From positions 840,587 to 904,586 of the forward strand of contig NW_004797391.1 of the NCBI RefSeq assembly GCF_000002075.1: 64,000 nucleotides of DNA, written 5' to 3'. Made by a program: the position numbers and the translations under genes. The notes beneath the pieces are model-generated. The model worked only from the letters and a program-made list of their open reading frames with translations, was not told the origin of the DNA and did not search any database. Shown one piece after another: positions 60,601-64,000 of this stretch. The DNA comes from Aplysia californica (lineage: Eukaryota). Within the stretch, counting starts at the first letter, position 1, and each line of letters opens with the position of its first letter.

Positions 60601-63278
60601 ATGCTGATCGTCAGAAAAGTAATTTCCTTGTATTTCTGCACGTAAAGTGAACATTTTAGATTTTGCTTTTTCTCCTCTGCCATTTGTATGTTCATTTTGT
60701 TTCCTTTCTATGTCTATAATTTCTGTTGGCCATTTTGCTTTTTTGTTGTTGCAAAACCTTACCAGTCCTAACTGTGTGGTCTCCTCTTCTGTGTCTTTAT
60801 CTAGCCTGCAGAAGATGCTGATGTGATGAGCCGAGAGGAGGGTGTGGATACCTTCACCTTGCTGCATGAGAGTGTCTACGCCTACTCCAACCCAGTGAGT
60901 CTCGCCAGCTGATGCCTGAGAGATGATAATAATAATAATAGATAATAGATAGCATTTGTATTGCGCAAATTCCTGCTCAACAACAAGCTCTGTGCGCTTT
61001 ACAATCTATATTGTTACTCCAGCACAGCTGATAGCATTCTGAAACAATCTCAAATTCCTTGGAAGCTTACAGTGCAATCTCATTTTCAGGTGCTAAAACA
61101 CTAACAAACTGACAAGATCTTTCGCTGTCTATTGTTGAGTACTCATTCCCACCTGGGTGATGTGAGGAAAATCTGTGATAATTGTCTTTCCCAAAGACAC
61201 ATCGTCGGACCTGCCGCTTGAATCTCTGAACTCGCAACCTCACGATAACACGATTACACATCTGGTAGCCTAACCACTAGACTACCGATTACATAGATAA
61301 AGATATGCTGTTCTGATCTACATAGGAAAAAACTAACACAATGATGTTCTCAGCCTTTTTAGACCCAACCCACCACCCATCACAGATTCTTAAACTTATT
61401 TCTGAGTTTGCTTTTCAAAAATGTTCTGATTCTTACCTTCATTGTTGAAAGAATAAATATTTAACTATTTAATTATAGCTTCAAGGCCTTTTAGATAATG
61501 TGCAGAGCTTACCAGGACTTGAGAAAAAAATCCTCATCTAAAACCGAAGCCTCCTGATATTTCTATTTAAAGAGTTTTAAAATGTTTCAAGTGCTTTCTT
61601 GCCTTGTTCATGAAATCTTATGGCTGTCCAAACACCATCTGTTTTTGTTTTCTTCTCCAGCTGCAGTTTTCTGTGATCATGGACATAGTGAACAACCTAC
61701 TGCTGTATGTAGAACCAAAGAAGAAGGTTAGTGTCTACCTTCTGCACAGGCCCCTACATCTTTCTNNNNNNNNNNNNNNNNNNNNNNNNNNNNNNNNNNN
61801 NNNNNNNNNNNNNNNNNNNNNNNNNNNNNNNNNNNNNNNNNNNNNNNNNNNNNNNNNNNNNNNNNNNNNNNNNNNNNNNNNNNNNNNNNNNNNNNNNNNN
61901 NNNNNNNNNNNNNNNNNNNNNNNNNNNNNNNNNNNNNNNNNNNNNNNNNNNNNNNNNNNNNNNNNGTTAGAAATGTCTATTGAGCCTATAAATGGATATA
62001 TGTGTGTGTGCATACCTGCTTGCATGAGTAAGTGCGTCCATGTGTGCATGCGTGTGTGTGTGCGTCTGTGTNNNNNNNNNNNNNNNNNNNNNNNNNNNNN
62101 NNNNNNNNNNNNNNNNNNNNNNNNNNNNNNNNNNNNNNNNNNNNNNNNNNNNNNNNNNNNNNNNNNNNNNNNNNNNNNNNNNNNNNNNNNNNNNNNNNNN
62201 NNNNNNNTTTTTCCATCTGAAAATTACTGAAATGACTTCTCTCTGCATATGCTGTGTTACATAGTTCAGTAGCCTATATCCCAAATACTGACATCTTGTT
62301 TCATGGATTTCACACTCTTTAGGCTGCCAGTGACCGCTTGCAGAGTATGAGGTTCAAACTCCAGCTCTACAGAGAGGATGACCAGAAGACACCCATTCTA
62401 CAGTTACAGGAAGTTGTTAGGTAAAGTCAGTCTTAGGGCCTCATATTTTGAGCTTTCATATTTCAATGATTACTCCTTGAGATGATAATGGGATTATTTT
62501 TCTCTTTGTTTACTGTTTCAGTTGTATAAGATTTTTTAAAAATTTTTATGAAGGGAATGAAATAACAGATATGTTTTACCATTGGCAATATTGTCGCCCA
62601 GTTCAATCGAAACAGGTTTATTGAAGATATGGAAATCAATTACATTTGGGATTCACTTAAATTTTGCATAAAGAGAAATGCCCAAAGAAGCATTTCAAAT
62701 GTAAAGTATACTCTATATCATGCAAAGTGTAATTCATTTGTGAGTGTATTTTTACCTCTACATATGTTAACATTTTGTATTTCATCAGAGAAAGATTGCA
62801 AGAGTTACGCCAACTGGAGAAAGAGTACTACATTGCCAAAACGCGAGATGATGAGGAAAGGTAGATGGCTGTTTTAGATCTAGGCAATTTCTTCTCTCTT
62901 TTCTAGACAGATGAGAAATCTCCAAGTACTTTTCTACTCCTACTATGGGGATGTGTACTTATCTATCAAAAACATTTATCATCCTTAGCTCTAATCCTCT
63001 ACACTTACATGACCTAATTGTGTTGCAACTGATTTCAAGACTTTAAAAAATGCAGCTTCTGAAAAGACAGACGAACAGACTGACAGACAGACAGACGGAC
63101 AGAGGGTGTTTAAAACTCTAACTAAAACAAAAAATATTTACAATCTTTTGCAATCAACCACACTGCTTTTTGTATGGTCTGTGTTTCCTTGGTACAGCAT
63201 GAACCTACTGGAAGTGGAGATGGAAGATTTGAAGAACTGGATTGGACTGAAGAATGAGGAGCTTGGCATGAGGATCAG
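1889..63278 (+). CDS. BLTP2: Bridge-like lipid transfer protein 2 (KIAA0100/Hobbit/Fmp27 family), 48 coding exons in window, 3'-partial
   Basis: Phase-consistent spliced ORF of 5729 nt with an N-terminal hydrophobic anchor and family motifs [86 protein letters not shown], collinear with human KIAA0100 as recalled. Confidence 0.96.
2613..3283. mobile_element. Mutator-like non-autonomous element (long TIRs, 9-bp TSD)
   Basis: ~90-bp imperfect TIRs (AGTGTATACAGACCCGGTAACCGGGAACAAAGTCAC...); TTCCAAAAT duplicated at 2604-2612 and 3284-3292. Confidence 0.75.
4180..4680. mobile_element. Dispersed repeat, probable DNA-transposon fragment; inverted relative at ~44340-44760
   Basis: GAAATCAGGCGCCCGTCAAAATA..CTCAACACCTTT..ATGTCCAT matches the reverse complement of ~44550-44665. 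Confidence 0.6.
5485..5682 (+). mobile_element. tRNA-derived SINE; relatives at ~12600-12810, 42020-42265, 50660-50850, 54865-55075
   Basis: A/B-box-like head; shared tail CTCCTAAATTATC..AAATT..GGAC(G)TAAAA..C. Confidence 0.6.
7124..7271 (+). pseudogene. Two tandem degenerate tRNA-like units (SINE heads or tRNA pseudogenes)
   Basis: CATGGTCTAGAGG (A box) ... GGTCCCGGGTTCAAATCC / GGTTCGAAC (B box) twice; stems poorly paired. Confidence 0.55.
7280..8130 (+). mobile_element. Two diverged tandem copies (~450 bp) of a Nin/Deu-domain-like SINE body with LINE-derived tail
   Basis: CCCGTGTGC..GCACGTTAAAGATCCC core; tail CTCATATGACCGTATGCAGTTGCGAGCGCCGTTAAAC at ~7630 and ~8080. Confidence 0.6.
9139..9420 (+). 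mobile_element. Short retroposon family B copy with expanded (TCTG)n
   Basis: GGATGGTTGGAGGGTGCCACTAGTAG...TGTGTCGATGTGCTT..CAAACAAA; TSD TCTCTGGGTGT at 9128-9138 and 9421-9431. Confidence 0.75.
9496..9642 (+). mobile_element. RTE-clade LINE 3' end (5'-truncated)
   Basis: [39 protein letters not shown] followed by (TGA)n tail; typical RTE ORF C-terminus. Confidence 0.75.
10916..11412. mobile_element. MITE with 30-bp TIRs and 7-bp TSD (P-superfamily-like termini)
   Basis: CAAAGATAGTACAAGACAAGATGGGCCACT at the left end and its reverse complement at the right; ACTTGGG duplicated at 10909-10915 and 11413-11419. Confidence 0.8.
11755..12340. repeat. Degenerate ~40-bp minisatellite
   Basis: Recurring unit approximately AATAAAGCAAACACATTGTTTGGCTTTCAACTTTGTCTAG. 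Confidence 0.7.
15601..15613. promoter_or_regulatory. RFX X-box-like palindrome
   Basis: GTTGCC-T-GGCAAC fits GTNRCC(N0-3)RGYAAC. Confidence 0.45.
18986..19115 (+). CDS. BLTP2: BLTP2 exon 2
   Basis: [32 protein letters not shown]; ttcccacag / GTAAGT. Confidence 0.88.
19402..19543 (+). mobile_element. Short retroposon family B, clean ~140-bp copy
   Basis: TSD TAATGCCAAG at 19392-19401 and 19544-19553; (CAAA)n tail. Confidence 0.8.
20469..20518 (+). CDS. BLTP2: BLTP2 exon 3
   Basis: [16 protein letters not shown](R), like human EIDNLWISSK. Confidence 0.85.
21186..21339 (+). CDS. BLTP2: BLTP2 exon 4
   Basis: [23 protein letters not shown]; cag / GTAAGT. Confidence 0.87.
21877..21995 (+). CDS. 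BLTP2: BLTP2 exon 5
   Basis: [22 protein letters not shown](R). Confidence 0.87.
22971..23037 (+). CDS. BLTP2: BLTP2 exon 6
   Basis: [22 protein letters not shown]; ctgcag / GTGAGT. Confidence 0.85.
23891..23983 (+). CDS. BLTP2: BLTP2 exon 7
   Basis: [26 protein letters not shown]. Confidence 0.83.
24290..24805 (+). mobile_element. I/Nimb-clade LINE 3' fragment
   Basis: [54 protein letters not shown] (CCHC knuckle, one internal stop) plus 3'UTR. Confidence 0.82.
25202..25247 (+). CDS. BLTP2: BLTP2 exon 8
   Basis: [15 protein letters not shown](G); tttgcag / GTGAGT. Confidence 0.8.
25434..25714. mobile_element. piggyBac-like MITE
   Basis: TTAA|CTCTTTATCTCCG ... CGGAGATAAAGAG|TTAA. Confidence 0.75.
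26040..26218 (+). CDS. BLTP2: BLTP2 exon 9
   Basis: [18 protein letters not shown]; ttcag / GTAAGT. Confidence 0.82.
26462..26816 (+). mobile_element. Full-length tRNA SINE with CORE-like body and (ATT)n tail
   Basis: GGTGGCCTTGTGGTTAAG..GGTTCAAGCC head; TGTCCTTGGGAAAGGCACTTTAC; GCGCTATACAAATGC(TATT)n. Confidence 0.8.
28068..28129 (+). CDS. BLTP2: BLTP2 exon 10
   Basis: [20 protein letters not shown](R). Confidence 0.82.
28940..29034 (+). CDS. BLTP2: BLTP2 exon 11
   Basis: [20 protein letters not shown](E). Confidence 0.8.
29815..29879 (+). CDS. BLTP2: BLTP2 exon 12
   Basis: [21 protein letters not shown]; ccag / GTAAGT. Confidence 0.78.
30780..30958 (+). CDS. BLTP2: BLTP2 exon 13
   Basis: [28 protein letters not shown].., like human IHYRHQEFSHWL. 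Confidence 0.88.
31419..31573 (+). CDS. BLTP2: BLTP2 exon 14
   Basis: [26 protein letters not shown](A). Confidence 0.84.
32123..32289 (+). CDS. BLTP2: BLTP2 exon 15
   Basis: [26 protein letters not shown], like human HVWGEALVL. Confidence 0.85.
32756..33035 (+). CDS. BLTP2: BLTP2 exon 16
   Basis: [32 protein letters not shown](A); aag acceptor, GTGAGC donor. Confidence 0.84.
33150..33452 (-). mobile_element. Diverged antisense copy of the 26462 SINE family
   Basis: GTGCTTTACAATTCATTGTTACCCC..CAGAC and GGATTTGAATC match the reverse complement of the family. Confidence 0.6.
34107..34213 (+). CDS. BLTP2: BLTP2 exon 17
   Basis: [20 protein letters not shown]. Confidence 0.86.
35344..35430 (+). 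CDS. BLTP2: BLTP2 exon 18
   Basis: [29 protein letters not shown]. Confidence 0.86.
35850..35973 (+). CDS. BLTP2: BLTP2 exon 19
   Basis: [26 protein letters not shown](E). Confidence 0.87.
36602..36740 (+). CDS. BLTP2: BLTP2 exon 20
   Basis: [19 protein letters not shown](T). Confidence 0.84.
37282..37393 (+). CDS. BLTP2: BLTP2 exon 21
   Basis: [19 protein letters not shown], like human FDGNSIFNF. Confidence 0.88.
37594..37766 (+). mobile_element. Short retroposon family C copy
   Basis: GTGGGTGGTTGGCAGATGC..GTGCCATAAAATCTTACTAA; TSD AAGATCACTT at 37584-37593 and 37767-37776. Confidence 0.78.
37800..38724. mobile_element. TTAA-flanked (piggyBac-like) non-autonomous element, CpG-rich
   Basis: TTAA|CTCACTT ... 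AAGTGAG|TTAA; composition differs from host intron. Confidence 0.6.
38813..38901 (+). CDS. BLTP2: BLTP2 exon 22
   Basis: [29 protein letters not shown](W). Confidence 0.87.
39791..39860 (+). CDS. BLTP2: BLTP2 exon 23
   Basis: [23 protein letters not shown]. Confidence 0.92.
40686..40787 (+). CDS. BLTP2: BLTP2 exon 24
   Basis: [25 protein letters not shown]. Confidence 0.92.
40764..41120 (+). repeat. ~32-bp degenerate tandem array related to exon 24 3' end plus donor
   Basis: About 10 units of CTGACCTGAACATCAAGGTCAAGGTAAGTTCC-like sequence. Confidence 0.8.
41840..41899 (+). CDS. BLTP2: BLTP2 exon 25
   Basis: [20 protein letters not shown]. Confidence 0.93.
42422..42512 (+). CDS. BLTP2: BLTP2 exon 26
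   Basis: [30 protein letters not shown](V). Confidence 0.92.
42800..42970. repeat. (AAC/AAT)n compound microsatellite
   Basis: caacaataac/aacaac runs. Confidence 0.85.
42966..43391 (-). mobile_element. RNase H-bearing LINE (I group) 3' fragment with a second short copy of its 3' end
   Basis: [20 protein letters not shown] RNase H motif; ~44-bp terminal segment repeated at 42966-43008 and 43348-43391. Confidence 0.75.
43503..43713 (+). CDS. BLTP2: BLTP2 exon 27
   Basis: [35 protein letters not shown].. Confidence 0.94.
44064..44236 (+). CDS. BLTP2: BLTP2 exon 28
   Basis: [28 protein letters not shown]. Confidence 0.94.
45026..45821 (-). mobile_element. Internally deleted Tigger/pogo transposon with frameshifted transposase N-terminus (45196-45473)
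   Basis: TA|CAGTGGAAACC..ATAACAGG terminus; [60 protein letters not shown] matches CENP-B-type HTH domains. Confidence 0.82.
46092..46190 (+). CDS. BLTP2: BLTP2 exon 29
   Basis: [32 protein letters not shown]. Confidence 0.94.
46953..47219 (+). CDS. BLTP2: BLTP2 exon 30
   Basis: ..[29 protein letters not shown].. Confidence 0.95.
47684..47780 (+). CDS. BLTP2: BLTP2 exon 31
   Basis: [31 protein letters not shown](R). Confidence 0.95.
47838..48218 (+). mobile_element. Copy of the 26462 tRNA SINE family
   Basis: AAAGGCACTTTACA..GGGTACCCGGCCATAGACAG..GTCTGCTGGGGTAA..(ATT)n. Confidence 0.75.
48615..48708 (+). CDS. BLTP2: BLTP2 exon 32
   Basis: [31 protein letters not shown]. Confidence 0.92.
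49042..49188 (+). CDS. BLTP2: BLTP2 exon 33
   Basis: [28 protein letters not shown]. Confidence 0.94.
49225..49780 (-). mobile_element. RTE-clade LINE 5' fragment (5'UTR plus degenerate AP endonuclease)
   Basis: [34 protein letters not shown] and [14 protein letters not shown] motifs; 5'UTR motif GGGCCAACTACCCGACCCTGTAAAAA. Confidence 0.8.
50287..50378 (+). CDS. BLTP2: BLTP2 exon 34
   Basis: [30 protein letters not shown](K). Confidence 0.93.
50867..50972 (+). CDS. BLTP2: BLTP2 exon 35
   Basis: [35 protein letters not shown]. Confidence 0.9.
51467..51657 (+). CDS. BLTP2: BLTP2 exon 36
   Basis: [32 protein letters not shown](K). Confidence 0.89.
51716..54773. mobile_element. ~3.06-kb non-autonomous DNA transposon (TAG termini, 7-bp TSD; hAT-like)
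   Basis: 16-bp TIR TAGGCAGTTTAGTGAA / TTCACTAAACTGCCTA; TTATAAC on both flanks. Confidence 0.8.
53279..54320. mobile_element. Nested ~1-kb TIR element (6-bp TSD)
   Basis: 13-bp TIR CATAGCTGCCACT / AGTGGCAGCTATG; AATATG at 53273-53278 and 54321-54326. Confidence 0.78.
55231..55294 (+). CDS. BLTP2: BLTP2 exon 37
   Basis: [21 protein letters not shown]. Confidence 0.86.
55408..55606. mobile_element. Tc1/mariner-type MITE; relatives at ~5720-5800, 17090-17150, 20350-20430, 34367-34500
   Basis: TA|CAGTCGAACCTGTC..(TTAGACAGG)n..TTCGACT. Confidence 0.6.
56002..56175 (+). CDS. BLTP2: BLTP2 exon 38
   Basis: [38 protein letters not shown].. Confidence 0.94.
56681..56831. mobile_element. piggyBac-like MITE
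   Basis: TTAA|CCCTATCCGTATGC ... GCGTACGGATCGGA|TTAA. Confidence 0.65.
57272..57448 (+). CDS. BLTP2: BLTP2 exon 39
   Basis: [29 protein letters not shown]; CAGAAG tandem acceptor. Confidence 0.9.
58012..58090 (+). CDS. BLTP2: BLTP2 exon 40
   Basis: [26 protein letters not shown](I). Confidence 0.91.
58424..58590 (+). CDS. BLTP2: BLTP2 exon 41
   Basis: [38 protein letters not shown]. Confidence 0.94.
59093..59278 (+). CDS. BLTP2: BLTP2 exon 42
   Basis: [24 protein letters not shown]. Confidence 0.92.
59310..59685. repeat. Degenerate ~65-75-bp tandem repeat
   Basis: Recurring CACACTCAAGTAA..TTTTTAAGTTCTCTACCAT..CAACCTCTTTTTA. Confidence 0.6.
60281..60397 (+). CDS. BLTP2: BLTP2 exon 43
   Basis: [30 protein letters not shown].. 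Confidence 0.92.
60805..60894 (+). CDS. BLTP2: BLTP2 exon 44
   Basis: [30 protein letters not shown]. Confidence 0.9.
60925..61288 (-). mobile_element. Antisense full-length copy of the 26462 tRNA SINE family
   Basis: (AAT)n GCATTTGTATTGCGC..CTGACAAGATCTTTC..GAGGAAAAT..TCTGGTAGCCTAACCAC. Confidence 0.8.
61661..61726 (+). CDS. BLTP2: BLTP2 exon 45
   Basis: [22 protein letters not shown]. Confidence 0.94.
62323..62420 (+). CDS. BLTP2: BLTP2 exon 46
   Basis: [32 protein letters not shown](R). Confidence 0.92.
62789..62860 (+). CDS. BLTP2: BLTP2 exon 47
   Basis: [23 protein letters not shown](S). Confidence 0.9.
63198..63278 (+). CDS. BLTP2: BLTP2 exon 48 (last in window)
   Basis: [26 protein letters not shown]; AG|GTGAGT. 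Confidence 0.9.
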
Positions 63279-64000
63279 GTGAGTGTTACTGGCTATAGTC
63301 ATTGTCTGACAATCTGGGCAAATTTTCAACCCAGCTGATCGAGATAAGGGTGCATTTAAAGTGCATTTTTAATGGTGTGCTTCTGAAAGCCACACGGGGG
63401 TACTGCTAAGTCTTCAAATCCCAATTTTTGCAAGGTTTTTGTACAAAAGAAAAAAAGTTTTGATTTATATATTCCACTTTATGATCCCCCTTTGGAATTT
63501 TTTTTACAATGGTGTACATAGATACAAAACATGAATACATAAAATAATAAATACAGTACATGAATAATGCACAATATTAATAACATAGCTAATCCATATA
63601 CCATTGCTAGTTGCCACCATGCAGGTACCCTGTTTTTTAGCTTGAGTTTTGGTGTTTGGCTTGAAGACACACCCTAGTGACCACCCACCTACACGCTGTG
63701 TCAGTGGCACACACTTGACATAATTGTGAGCCTGGGTCCTCAAAAGACTGAGCTACTGGATCCCTCAAGACCTCAGTGACGGAAAATTGTTGTTTGTGGA
63801 TTAACCTGTTGGGTTTATTGATGCTGTCACATGTAGATCATAGTTTTACTTGTGTCTCCAGCCTTTTGAATACTTTTACAAAATCTGTAGTGTGCATAAT
63901 GTTCTCAGAAATGTATCACACACTCACACACGCTCTCAGGTCCATAGGGTTAATTAATATATTGTCACTGTGCTAGCAAGATGGCATAACTCAGAGTTGT

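Overview
Eukaryotic (animal, probably gastropod mollusc; taxon is an inference from repeat and sequence style) draft-assembly window with six N-gaps. It is dominated by one + strand gene, BLTP2/KIAA0100 (Hobbit/Fmp27 bridge-like lipid transfer protein). I traced 48 GT-AG exons by hand from ATG 1889 to 63278. They give a continuous frame of 5729 nt (~1909 aa), and the gene continues past the window. Only 320 bp upstream, head-to-head on the - strand, is coding exon 1 of MED13, so the two genes share a compact bidirectional promoter, with candidate uORFs on both sides. BLTP2 intron 1 is 17 kb. It contains a visibly CpG-richer block with an RFX X-box and several antisense exon-like segments (possible nested transcript, unproven). 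The introns hold many mobile elements: P-like, Mutator-like, piggyBac-like, hAT-like (nested) and Tigger/pogo DNA elements, RTE and I/Nimb LINE fragments, tRNA SINEs, and two short retroposon families seen only in the sense orientation. The most unusual local structures are intronic arrays of degenerate copies of the preceding exon end plus splice donor. The array after exon 24 also forms repeated TGACCT-N8-AGGTCA (ER8) motifs. No CRISPR or prokaryotic features. Homology calls rest on recalled protein sequences; no search was run.
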